Source of the DNA: Paragordius varius
Lineage: Eukaryota > Animalia > Nematomorpha
Direction of reading: 5' to 3'
NCBI GenBank assembly: GCA_964247055.1
Contig: OZ176058.1
Location: 1 to 64,000 of the forward strand
Length of the DNA: 64,000 bases
A program made the position numbers and the translations under genes. Below are positions 26,906-39,570 of the stretch, piece after piece; within the stretch, counting starts at the first letter, position 1, and each line of letters begins with the position of its first letter. The notes under the pieces were generated by a model, which was given only the letters and a program-made list of their open reading frames with translations, did not search any database and was not told where the DNA came from.

Positions 26906-27588
26906 TATAATACTGATCTGAAAAATTTGTTAAATTTTTCAACATAATATATTTGTTATAGCGAAATGCCAGATAAAAACAACGGAACCGTGGGCAGTAT
27001 AAATATTAATTATAAATTACAAAAGAAAATGAAAAAAAAATCCTTAAAATAAAATTTAAAGTCCAAATTATTATGCAAATAACTGTCAGCTCAAAAACTA
27101 AACGTCAATTTGGCGAAATTTAAGGCACTTTCGTGTTTATGTCTAAGAAGCGTTTTTTGTTTCGGATATAGATATCTTTAATTTGATATGATTCTTCTTT
27201 GACGATTTCAAAACTTTTTTAGTTTAGTTAATAGGTCATAAAAAGATTTTAACTTTCCAAATATTTACGCCTAGATTAAAAAAAGCAAATGTTGAAGTTT
27301 AAACTATTATATCCATTTTGAAATGAAAAAATAAAAGTTTTTTTAGTTTAAAGTTGACAGTTTATAAAATAATTTTCATATATATACGCCTAAATTTAAA
27401 AAAAAGCCAATGTTGAAGTTAACTATTTTTATCCATTTTGAAATGTAAAATTTTCAAAGTTTTTTTAGTTTTAGAGATGACAGTGTATAAAATTTGTTAC
27501 AATCCATTAATTTACGCCAAAAAAAACAAATTTTGAACTTTAAACTAATCCATTTTCAAATGTAAAAATAAAAAAATATAAAATGTGT

Positions 27589-27712
27589 TTAGAAAGAAAT
27601 GATTGAATATCTTCTGTGAGAAGAAGAGTTTTGCGGTTGAGGTAAAACAGCCGAAACATAATGGCCAGTAATTCTTGGTTGATAATTATGGTGAACAGTT
27701 TGATATTGAATA
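27589..27712 (-). repeat. Partial tandem duplicate of the terminal exon of the minus-strand paramyosin-like gene, within a degenerate tandem-repeat zone (~27240-27960)
   Basis: Reads IQYQTVHHNYQPRITGHYVSAVLPQPQNSSSHRRYSIISF* versus IQYQTVHHHSYNQPRISGHYVSAILPQPQNSSRRYSIISF* in the exon at 27831-28025. Confidence 0.75.
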
Positions 27713-27830
27713 TAAAATTTGTTACGATATCCATATATTTGAGCCAAAATATAAACAAATTATATAAAAAAAGCAAATTTTGAAGTTTAAACTATTATAA
27801 TCTATTTTGAAATAAAAAAAAGTAATCAGT

Positions 27831-30800
27831 TTAAAAAGAAATGATTGAATATCTTCTAGAAGAGTTTTGCGGTTGAGGTAAAATAGCCGAAACGTAATGT
27901 CCAGAAATTCTTGGTTGATTATAGCTATGATGGTGAACAGTTTGATATTGAATTCCAGATGAACCACCTTCAATAATACTTCCTCTACGACGTCTGTTTA
28001 CAGACTCTTCGAAATTATAGTAATCCTAATATATAGAGTAAAATTTGAAAATGTTTAGTAAGATTAAAGTGTTATTTAAGTACTTTTTAAAATAATTTGA
28101 AATTTAAAGTATTATTCAAGTACTTTTTAAAATATAACTTGTTTAAAGTGAAAATAATACAATAAAAATTGAAATTATACTATGGAAGGACAAAACGTAA
28201 AAATATAAAGACAAATATTTTTTTCATAACTGTACAAAAATTTAGGTTTATGGACTGACTACTCAATTATATATCAATTTATTACTTTGGAAAAATCAGG
28301 GTTTAAAATGTACACCTGTTTTTAAATAATTAATATATAAAAACAGTAATATTTGAAGTTTAAAAGTATTATTGAAGTACTTTTTGATATATATATTTCA
28401 ATTTCTCACAAGTAATACAATAAAAGTTGAATTATACTATGGAAGCAAAACGTAAAAATATAAAGACAAATATTTTTTTCTAAGACATACTATTTAAATC
28501 TATATGTTTTTAACTATAACTCATTATTGCCATCAGAAATTGAAATGTATACCGGTAAAACAATCAATTATATATTATACATTTGTAGTTATATAATTCA
28601 TAAAAGAAGAAAGGTTTAAAAAGTATACTTGTCTTTAAAAAAAATTTGTCTTTTTTTAGCCCGTATAATTTTAATTACTGTAAAATCTGAAAATTTCAAA
28701 TATAATTCAAGTACTTTTTGAAATATAACTGGTTAAAATGAAAATAATACAATAAAAATTGAAATTATACCAAATCGTAAAAATATACAGACAAATATGT
28801 TTTTCAAAAAGACAACTAACTATCTCTTTTGAATCTTGGTTCTTTAAATATATCTGATTGTTTTTAACTACAAAGTATAATATAGAAATTAATCAATTAT
28901 GTATTTTACGATTGTAACTAAATGTTTTTATAGGTTAAATTAAGGTTAAAAAGTATGGTTCTCTTTTGAAAAAGATATTTGTCATTATATTTTTACATTT
29001 TGTCCATATAATTTTAATTTTTACTGTATTCTTCAAGTACTTTAAAATTATAACTAGTTTAAAGTAGAAATAATAATTAGATGTTTGGCACCAGACTCAA
29101 TTATATATCAATTATATCACAAATAATATAGAGAATAAATCATTTTTTAAAATTGGCTGTTTTCAAAATATTGTTTAAATCTAATCGAAAAATGTTACTA
29201 ACATAGAGTAAAAATTGGAATTATATGAATTTTAATAAATTTGTAAAAACACGCAAAAATAGACAATAATTTTACACATTGATTTTTTTTAAAAAATGTG
29301 CTTTTTTTGTTTTTATAATTTTAATTTTTATAATGTATATTTGCCTAATCAGCTATATTTTAAGATATAAATATTTAATAGGTATTTTGAATACAAGCGT
29401 CTGAAAAATGAAGTACAGTAAAAACTGAAATTATACGGACAAAATGTAAAAATATTAAGACAAATATTTTTTTCTGAAAGATAGCCATATTTTATTATCG
29501 TAAATTTTCTCATATAACATATAATTATAATTGTATAATATATAATGGTTTTTTACCAATATACATATCAATTTCCTACTTTGCGATTTTTAACAATTAT
29601 TTGCATTAAAAAGTATGGCTGTCTTTTTTGAAAAAAATATTTGTCTTAATATTTTCAAGTTTTGTCCGTATATTTTCAATTTTTACTGTAAATTCAAAAT
29701 AAAACATACCATTTAAACCTCAAAACTCTCGAACATTAAAAATTCACCCTTAAACATTAAAATTTACCTTCGTTTTTTCACCCTTATAAATGGCGTTTTT
29801 GAAAATCAAAAATAAAAAGAAATTACAGTAAAAACTCAAATTATGGACAAAACGTAAAATTATAAAGACAAATAATTTTTTCTAAAAGACAACAATACTT
29901 TCTAAATCTTGATTATTTTCAATATAAGTGATTATTTATTCCACAAAGTATAATATAGAGATGTATATTGGTAACACAATCAAATATATATTTTATTATT
30001 GTAAATAATCATTTAATATGAGAAAAATTTAAATTTAGAAAAGTATGGTTGTTTATTATAAAAAAAATTTGTCTTTATATTTTTACGTTTTGTCCGTATA
30101 ATTTCAGTTACTGTATATTTTACGATATATGTTATATATACCTTTAAATATTTTTACTCTATATCGCTTATTATAAAAATTCAAATATATCCAATTAATT
30201 ACAGTAAAAATTCAAATTATACAGACAAAACTTGAAATATTTTTTTAAAAAGACTACTATACTTTTTTAATCTTGATTTTTTTTTAATTAACTCATTGTT
30301 TTAAACTACAAAGTATAATATAGTCAATTTGTAACTTAATTAATTGTGTATTTTACATTTGTTAAGTTTTAAAAAATTTTAGTGATCTTTTGAAATGTCA
30401 ATCTATATATTTTTACATTTTGTCCGTATAATTTCAGTTTTAATTTATATACCCAATCAATAATTTAACAAAAATTATTCGATTTCAACTTTTGCTGTTG
30501 ATATGATTAATATTTTTCGAATACTTTTATTTTTTAATTATTTCAAGTATAATATTATTTAATTAAGATCTAAAATTTGACTCATTGGTTTTTTTCAATA
30601 AAGATTTGAAATAAACCAAATTATATTATTGTTAATTTGACCCGAACCGGAAATTATGAATAGGATAGCAGAATTGACAAGTTATTTTTTAATATTACAG
30701 TAAAAATTGAAATTATACGGACATAATGTTAAAAATATAAAGACAAATAATTTTTTCCAAAAGACAACCATATTTTTTGAATCTTGATTTTTTTAAATAT

Positions 30801-33800
30801 AACTGAGGGTTTTAAACTGCAAAATATAAAATAGAAATGTCAATTGGCAGCACAATCAATTATGTGGTTTATAATAATTAAATTTTTATTTATTAAATAT
30901 TAAAATTTTAAATGGTTGTCTTTTAAAAAAATATATTTGTCTTTATGTTTTTACCTTTTGTCTTTATAATCTTGTTTTTAAGTGTAAAATTGAATAAAAT
31001 TGGTAACGCAATCAATGACATATTTTACGATTGTAATTTAAAGCTTTATATATTAAAAAAATGGATTTTTGAAAAGTATGGTTGTCTGTTGAAAAAAATA
31101 TTTGTCTTTATATTTTTACCTTTTGTCCGAATAATCCAATTTTTACTGTAATATTAATAGCATCATTTTAGAAAAAATTAAATTTAAGGATTAAAAATGC
31201 AATATTTTTTTGTTAAGTGGTTAGAATGTGAAAAGGCAAGGGGTGATATGTGTTGAGGATTGAAATTAAGGTAATTTGAAAATGTGGAATATATTGTTTT
31301 TACGAGAAAATTTTTTAAATAATAAGCGATTTTTTTCAGCCAGCCAAAAAATATAAACCTGCATTACTCTATATATATAAAACATGCATTTTTGGGATTA
31401 ATCTATAAAAAAAGGATAAAATTTCGATATTTGGCATTAAAATATATAAAAAGGATAAAATTTCGAGATATGTGCCTCAAAAACTACCTAAAATGAATGT
31501 TGATTTTAAGATTTATAAAATTAAAAAACGATAATAAAATTTTTAATTATCCTCTATATTTTTGAGTAAAAATTAATACTATACACAAACGTATATCTAA
31601 AAAAATTTTTTTTGCTAAGTTAGACATCTTTTTAAAACTTTTATATTTTTGAATATAACTTATATAATTTACAAACATATTATGTTTAACCAATTTGTCT
31701 GTATGTTTCCAATTTTTATTAGATCTTTTATCTAAGATTATATATATTTTTAAAATTTTTACAAAACGTAAAAATATAAAGACAATTATTTTTGCTAAAA
31801 GACAACATATTTTTTAAAAAATGAATTTTTGTTATATGAATATTTAATTATCGTAAACTACCTAATTGATTGTGCTATAATCTTACATTTCCATATTATA
31901 TTTTGCAGTTTAAAACAATCAATTATATTAAAAAAATCAAGATTAAAAAAGTATGGTTGTCTTTTAAAATGTCTTTATCTTTTTACATTTAGTCCGTATA
32001 ATTTCAATTTTTACTCTTTATACAGTTTGTGATAAATAATGTATATATGGTTAGACAAAAAATATTATAATAGTTGTCGATTTTATAAAATGGTGCACCT
32101 TAAAAATTTGGATTAAAAATTTATTTTAAAGAGCTTTAAAAAAACCTACTATTTCAAATTTTCTTGTATGGATAAAAAAATATAGGGAAAAGCTATGTAT
32201 TTGATCAAAATCCGTATTTATTTTCAATCATTTGCACATAACTGTAAGATATTTTATGTATTTTTAGATGTGGAAAATCATATATAAAAATAAAAGTATC
32301 ATCATATAGTATATATAATAATAAAATGTACAGTTAAATAGAGTTGATATTAGAGGCAAAAAATATATTTTCTTGTTGATGATAAAACAAAAAAAACGCT
32401 TTTTTAAAATATAAAAATATGATTGATTCAATATGCTCGTGATTGTTGTAAAAATATTATAAAATTGTTTCGTATATAAAGTTTACTCTCTACCTTACCT
32501 ATACTAGCTCTTAAATATAAAAAAAATTTACGAAAAATTAAAAAAATAAAACCAATTCGCACTGATATATATATATATATATATTTAAATTATGGCAAAC
32601 TTTAAAGATTATTCAAGTATTTGGTTGTTTATTATACAACAATCTATGAGTGTTAAATATATGTGTGTTATATTGCACTTCAAAAAGGATGCATAGTTTT
32701 ATTATTAATATGGTAGATTGATAAATACAATCAATATTAATATTTTTACAAATGTTGGGTTATTTTATGTGCAACATATCATGTCATAATAAGAAAATGT
32801 AAGACAAAAAATAGTAAAAGCAGAGTTAAATATAAAAAAAGATTTTTGATTTTATAAAAACTTTAATTATTGCCGCATATTACAAAATATAAGCTTTGCA
32901 GCCAAAAATTGGTAAAACATAAAAAGAAATACACAAATGTATACATATAAGATAGATAGATAGATGGTTGGATTGATATAAATTATGTTAACTGCAAAAA
33001 ACTTGGTTTATAATCTCGTTTTTTAAGAAAAGTAAGTTCTCTTTAAAAAAATTATAAGTAAGGGGGATGATATAAAGGAAAGAAACGGTCAGGGGGTGAG
33101 TTATCGAGATTTTTTACTTAAAAAGTAGTTTGATTTGTGTGAGAAAGCCTTGTAAAAGATGGGAGGCAAAAAGAGGGTTTAAAATAAGGTAGTCTAAATT
33201 TGTGTATATTTTAACCTCATTGGAAAAGGGTGAACAGTTGTTATTAATAGTAGTTGCTTGAAAATTTTAATTTTTTAGTTTTGAAAAGTGATTTCAAGAT
33301 TTTCAGTAAATTTCTTAAGGAAGGGTTTTTCTAGTTTGATTAATTGCAAAAACTTGGTTTATAATTTCGTTTAAGAAAAGTTTAGGACTACCTTTTAAAG
33401 AATTACAAGTGAGGGGGTGATATAAAGGAAAAAAACGATCAGGGGTGAGTTATCGAGAGTTTTTTAGTTTTGAAAAGTAATTTCTAAGATTTTCAGTTAG
33501 TTTTTAGAGTTTAAGGGTAAGGTGATTGACTGTTACTCACTCGAACGTAAGGGATAGCTGCCTGAGGAACCAACTGAGCTGTAACGATAGGGGCAGGCGC
33601 AGGCCCCACGAAAACTCCACCGCGGTTTTTAGCCCGCAATCTCACCAAATTATTTTCAGCCATTTCTGCCCGGGCTTCCTGATCTTCGAGTTCTTTCTGG
33701 AATCTTCGACTCTTTGCCAAGTGTTGGACTGCCAAAGTTTCCTAGGTTAAAAATAAAAAAGAGGTAATTTTCGATAATTATTATACAATTGAAAAAAAAG

Positions 33801-36336
33801 TTTGCTAAATTTAAAATGGCCATAAAACCTTGCTTAATTTACACTTTTGCCATAGCAATTTCAAAAGATCGAAAAAAAGACTAAATGAAAAATATTCCTA
33901 TAACTGTTTCAATAAAGCAATTTTAAAAATTGGAAAATATCATTTATTTATAATGATTTGATATCATATTTAGTTTTCCATTAGCTTTATAATGGCGATA
34001 AAATCTTGGTCAATTTACACTTCCTTTTGCAGTTACAAAGAGAAAAAAGGTGATATTAAAATTACTAAAATATTATATAATTTTCAAACAATTTAAACCA
34101 AAAACCGTGAACTTTGTAAATTAAATCAAATCCTTCACGAATTATATGAAAAAAAACATGCAAAATAAAATCATATTAGGTGCATTAAATTTTGATGAAA
34201 AGATTAAATTGTTTGTATAATAAAATCTACCCTAAGAATTATCCCCCTACCAGATAATGAATTTTAAAAAAAACCAAGTAATCTTCTTAATAAGTACTTA
34301 TCCAATTATTTTAGACTCAAGTTATTAAAACCTAACCGTTAATTTTTTAATGTGCTCTTTATAAGTATCAAAAAGATAAGTGGACAAAGTATTTCTTTCT
34401 ATGGAAAATTTGTATTTCTAAGTTATATATAACATTTGTTCAGAAATATTTTTAATACTTTACAAATATTATGAAATAAATTTTGATAACGGCAACATTT
34501 TCTTATACAAATATTTTTTTTTAAAGAAAAATTGCTTACAATACTCCGACTTGTTCTTTAGTTATTCAAATAACTAAAGTAATATATAATTTTTAAACAA
34601 CCTAGGCTAAAAACCTTAAACTATTGTAAAAAATCAAATTTTAAGATTCAAAAACTAAATATCCCTTGAGTGAGTAATATGTAAGCAAGTAAATGCTTAC
34701 AATATTTCCGACTTGTTCTTTAATTCAAATAACTAAAGTAATATATAATTTTTAAACAACCTAGGCTAAAAACCTTAAACTATTGTAAAAAATCAAATTT
34801 TTCGCGAATTATATGAAAAGAAACATACTAAATGGCTATAAAACCTAGGAATTACACTTGCTTTTACAGTTAAAAAGGTAAAAAAGGAGTTTAAATTAAT
34901 AAAGTAATATAAAAAAACTTAAGCCAAAAACTTGAACTTTTTAAATCAAACACCTTCACGAATTATATGAAAAAAAACATGCTTGGTCAATTTACACTTG
35001 CTTTTGCAGTTAGGGTAAAAAAAGATCTTCGAATTACTAGAGTATTTTATATCTAATTAAAGGACTTAAGCAAATATATCTGCATAGAACTATTAATAAA
35101 AATCAAATTTTAAAATTGAAAAACAAATATCCCTTGAGTAATTCAATGCTTACAATATTTCCGACTTGTTCTTTAGATATTCAAATAACTAGAGTATTTT
35201 ATATCAAAACTTAGGTCAAAAATATCTGCATAGAATTATTGATAAAAATCAAATTTTAGAAAAATATTAAATATCCCTTGAGTAATATATGTAAGCAAGT
35301 AAATGCTTACAATATCTCCGATTTGTTCTTTAGATATTCAAATTACTAAAGTAATATATAATTTTTAAACAACTTAAGCCAAAAACTATGAACTTTTTAA
35401 ATCAAATCCTTCACGAATTATATGAAAAAAAAAACATGCTTGGTCAATTTATACTTGCTTTTGCAGTTACGGTAAAAAAAGATCTTCGAATAACTAGAGT
35501 ATCATATATCATAAAAAGACTTAAGTCAAAAATATCTGCTTAGAATTATTATAAAACTAAAAATCCCTTAAGTGAGTAATATGTAAGCAAGTTAATACTT
35601 ACAATATCGACTGTTCTTTAGATATTCAAATTACTAAAGTAATGTATAAAATTAAAGGAAGGACTTAAGCCAAAAACCGTCAACTATTGTAAAAAATCAA
35701 ATTTTTCGCGAATTATATGAAAAGAAACATACTAAATGGCTATAAAACCTTGGTAAAATTACATTTGCTTTTACAGTTAAAAAGGTAAAAAAGGAGTTTA
35801 AATTAATAAAGTAATATATAATTTTTAAACAACCTAAGCTAAAAACCTTAAACTATTGTAAAAAATCAATTTTTTCGCGAATTATATAAAAAGAAACATG
35901 CTAAATGGCTATAAACCTTGCTCAATTTACATTTGCTTTTACAGTTAAAAAGGTAAAAAATGAGATATTCAAATTAATAAAGTAGTATAAAACAACTTAA
36001 GCCAAAAACCCCTAAACTATTGTAAAAATCAAACTTTAGATAAAAAACAAATCCCTCGATTAATTAAGTAAATGCTTACAATATCTCCGACTTGTTCTTT
36101 ATATTTTTTGAGCCTTTCATTAAGGAGGTTGATGGTATCGATGAAGTTTGTTGATTTCTGATGTTCTTCCTCAACCATAATAGTAAGTTCCTTAACTCTC
36201 CGGTCCTTTTTACGTAAATTCTTGTGTGTTTCTTGATGAGCTTTCTTTTCACTTTCAAACAGAGTTTCCAAGTCACGGACCTTTTAAGCAAAGTAAAAAT
36301 TAAAAAATATAGTAAATGTCCCCTTACCTCCGACAT
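27831..36336 (-). CDS. Paramyosin-like protein, C-terminal rod portion only, plus a novel Pro/Ser/Arg-rich tail (~201 aa model; 5' end uncertain)
   Basis: Exons on the minus strand: 36336-36328 (MSE, tentative), 36280-36080 (VRDLETLFESEKKAHQETHKNLRKKDRRVKELTIMVEEEHQK..KKYKEQVGDI), 33741-33541 (ETLAVQHLAKSRRFQKELEDQEARAEMAENNLVRLRAKNRGG..YVR) and 28025-27831 (DYYNFEESVNRRRRGSII..RRYSIISF*); all phase 0, GT-AG. Matches my recollection of the nematode UNC-15 C-terminus (IRDLETALDEE..LRKKDRRIKE..EEH..VRRYQHELEDAEGRADQAESSL..IRAKHR). If the GTGAGT donor at 33540 is not used, the protein ends VSNSQSPYP* at 33511. Confidence 0.78.
28150..32010. mobile_element. Cluster of about 9-10 complete or partial family-1 MITEs in the last intron of the minus-strand gene
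   Basis: Clear copies at 29416-29688 and 29826-30113; others near 28410-28680, 28730-29030, 30200-30445, 30700-31150 and 31760-32010. Confidence 0.75.
32985..33480. repeat. ~140-bp direct repeat, 2 copies (about 32985-33130 and 33340-33480)
   Basis: gcaaaaacttggtt..ataatttcg..gatataaaggaa..caggggtgagttatcgaga occurs twice. Confidence 0.7.
34100..36030. repeat. Complex tandem repeat filling the paramyosin-like intron; some units carry the exon 3' end and its donor site
   Basis: The motif (a)tgcttacaatat(c/t)tccgacttgttcttta, which is the exon/donor junction at 36074-36100, recurs at about 34533, 34693, 35146, 35302 and 35596, together with repeated blocks such as cgaattatatgaaaa..acat and aaccttaaactattgtaaaa. 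Confidence 0.8.
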
Positions 36337-36341
36337 ACTTA

Positions 36342-36564
36342 CAGTCATGTATCCTTTATTTTATCAAAAATTTATTTTTTTTCATTAAATGGGTATAATT
36401 TGGTAAAGAATGGAAAAAACAAGAGCTTTGTGGTAATTCTAATACTTTATAATGAATATGATATTGTAAATACCAAAAAGCTCTTGTTTTTTCATTCTTT
36501 ACCAAATATTTATATCCCCATTTAACGAAAAAATAACTTTGATAAAATAAAGGATACATGACTG
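36342..36564. mobile_element. 223-bp fold-back MITE, family 5 (Tc1/mariner-like), just upstream of the putative MSE start
   Basis: TA|CAGTCATGTATCCTTTATTTTATCAAA ... TTTGATAAAATAAAGGATACATGACTG|TA, with ~88-bp inverted arms and TA flanks. Confidence 0.88.
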
Positions 36565-38147
36565 TAGTTTTCTTAAATACTATATAAATTAAAACTATAC
36601 AGACAAGGATTAGCTATGATTATTTCCCGATTCTTGATTTCATTTCAATTCTATAACATTATATGAAAAAATATACTTTGTAAGCAAAATTAATTCTCAG
36701 TCCATGTAATTGCCGGAACAAGATAGACGGAAGAAGGCACGCATGCATATTGCATTGGAAAAATTTTAAAAATAAAAAAATTAAAAATGAATTTTGCCTA
36801 CAAATTCATTGTATATATAGAGAGGGAACTCACGTGTACTCACGTGTTCCCTCTCTTTCTTGTTCTGTCCAATTAAAAAAGTGCCCATATTCGAGAAATT
36901 TCGTTACTTTTGTTTGTTTCGCCCAAAAAAACACATTTGAAACATACACAGTCTTTCTTGTTCTTATGCATATAAAAATTATAAATATGTAATATGATTA
37001 TTACTAAATATGGTATTTTGTTTGTTTGTTATATAAATTCCTTAAATTCCTTAAATAAAAATAAATTCCTTTGTATGATGCAATAAAAATAAAAATAAAT
37101 TCCTTATGTGCACAAGTCTTAAAAAAATGTATGTGTTTAATATTATGTCAAATATCCCAAATAAATAATTTGAAATATAAATTTGAAAAAAATTTTAATT
37201 AAAACTGCCATCTTATTATTTGAGTATATTTGAAAATTAGATGTTTACATGAAATATTTATTCTATGTTTTAATCTATTTAATTAATCAATAAAAATATA
37301 TTATACCTATCAAAAGCTGTAAATAATAGTTTAGGATTAGTTAAAAAGCAAATTAATTCCTTTTAATTGATTGATAAAGTTCAAATCTGTATTTTTAGTT
37401 TTGAAAGTTAAAATTTAAAGGTTTTTTGAATTTTACTTTAAAATATAAAAAGTGAAAATGTATTTTTATTTAATATAATTATGTTATAAATCAATCTCAC
37501 CTTTATTCAAAAATGTTAAGAAAAAATTTATAACATTGTCAACAAACCAAAATTAATTTGTTAGCCAAAAATTATTAAAGTAAATTATTTTTTTAATTAA
37601 GAAAAAATGTTTTAAGAATTGAATAGTAGAAAGTTAGTTTTTGATTTAATAAGGTTGCCTTTGTAATTAATATATCTGAAATCATTAACCCATTCTGATA
37701 ATTATATAATCTTTTGATTATTATTGAAATTATTGGTTCGCAAACTAGTAAATTATTTCATATTTAAATAAGTGAAAAATAAAATTTAAAGTATTAGCCA
37801 ATCTTATTCCTATGATAGTATTTTTGAAAAGCTAATGGGAAATTTAAATTATATAGAATCTAGACAAAAACATTGATTAAGTTCCTAAATAAGTTATTAT
37901 TTAATTTTATGGTAACAATTGAGGTCAACACATAAATCCTACATTTTAAACAATCGCTTTTGGCAACTCATAAACGCTAAAATTTAATTAAAAAAAGACA
38001 GATCTTTTATTAATTTAAATTTAAAAAGCTGGATAAACAATTTAATGTAGATAATTATCTCAATTAATCTTCTTATCTATTGGTAATATCGAATATAAAT
38101 ATATGATTATTATACAAAATTGTCAGATTATTATTAAAATACACCTA

Positions 38148-38254
38148 GGGGTTTCGAGTTTGTGGGCTAGGGTTAGGATAAGAGGTTGGAGTTGGTTCAT
38201 TTTCTTAAAGAAGTCCGCAGGACTTCCTCGGGCTGGCAGGCCGAGACCCACACA
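38148..38254 (+). mobile_element. H module copy 3 (4-bp deletion removes the second loop)
   Basis: Same sequence and flanks as 20466 except GGGCTG-GCAGG in place of GGGCTGCGAAGCAGG, plus a few substitutions. Confidence 0.7.
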
Positions 38255-38773
38255 TTTCAATTCAAATTTAATTTTTCTATTTATCTTTTAATTATCTACT
38301 TAAAAATATAAAAGATGTTATATATTTAATATTTAAGATGAGTAGATATTTTTCTAGTAGCCTTAATAAGGTTGCATCCTGAATTATCTGAAACTTATTT
38401 TTAATTAAATTTATTAAATAAATTAATATTTAACAAACATGACCACTTACGTTAAATCAAAATTTGTTTTAAACATTGTTAAAAATAGGTTAACTTAATA
38501 CTATATGTAAAATACTGGAATACTATATAAAGTACGTGTAAAACTTATAATAAGAAAATATCTGATCAGTTTAAAAAATATGAGCAAGGTTTAATTTAAT
38601 TTGTGAAAAGTGTTAGAATATAGTCATTTTGAAAACGAGAACAGGTAAGGATGTGTTTTAAATAATTTAACTCTATGCCCTGGTATAATTTTTACTTTTA
38701 ACCAACATATACCTAGCATATACATAGAATTGTTTCAATGTATTGTGCCACACATGCAGGTGCAATACTTTAA

Positions 38774-38839
38774 GGTTTTCGAGTTTGTGGGCTAGGGTTA
38801 GGGTGAGGGATTGGAGTTGGTTCACTTTCTTAAAGAAGT
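38774..38839 (+). mobile_element. H module copy 4, truncated inside the first hairpin
   Basis: GGTTTTCGAGTTTGTGGGCTAGGGTTAGGGTGAGGGATTGGAGTTGG..GAAGT, then unrelated sequence. Confidence 0.65.
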
Positions 38840-39462
38840 TTCATGATTAAATAGTTTTGTAATAATATTGCATTATATTATATATGATTTACTACTAAAC
38901 CGTATATTTAATATTATACTTATGTGATAATGTAAGATTACCATCAATTAGACTTACGTATGATATGTTGAGAGTTTTTATTATTTGAATAATATATATA
39001 AACCTATGCTCGTTTCTGTAAACAAGAACATTGTATTAAAAATTATTATAACTCTCAAACATTACATTCTACACATATATTGTTACCCAATTTTTAATAT
39101 TTTTCCTAATTTAGACAAATGTTTTTTATATTTTGTCGAATTTGTTGAAATTAATTTAAAAAATATTAGAAGCATTCAGCAATTGGATATTTAATTGATT
39201 TTGTTTTCTTAATTTTGATGCTTAAATTTAATTAAAACCTATTTAATATTATTTTCTACAGAGAAATCGCTATTTTTTATTATAATATAATATATTTATA
39301 AAATAGCATGTTTATTTCAAACAAGACCACTTAAGTTTTAAAAATATAAAGTTGATTAAGTTTCAAAATGATTTGATCCCAAATTGCAACAATCTTTAAT
39401 TTTATAAGGAGAGAATTGGATGAAGAATTTTATTATATTTTTTAATGGGGGTAAGTTCTTTC

Positions 39463-39570
39463 TTTCGAGTTTAAAGGCTAGGGTTAGTGCGAGGGATTGG
39501 AGTTGGTTTATTATCTTAAACAAGTGTTCAGGACTTCCTAGGGCTGCAGAGTAGGTCGAGACTCATGCAT
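39463..39570 (+). mobile_element. H module copy 5 (copy-2 type)
   Basis: TTTCGAGTTTAAAGGCTAGGGTTAG..GGACTTCCTAGGGCTGCAGAGTAGGTCGAGACTCATGCAT; the downstream flank matches that of 21716. Confidence 0.65.

Noticed and set aside
31366-31390. TCTATATATATAAAAC resembling a second Helitron 5' end
   Set aside because: It is not preceded by A, and no matching hairpin-plus-CTAG 3' end was found downstream.
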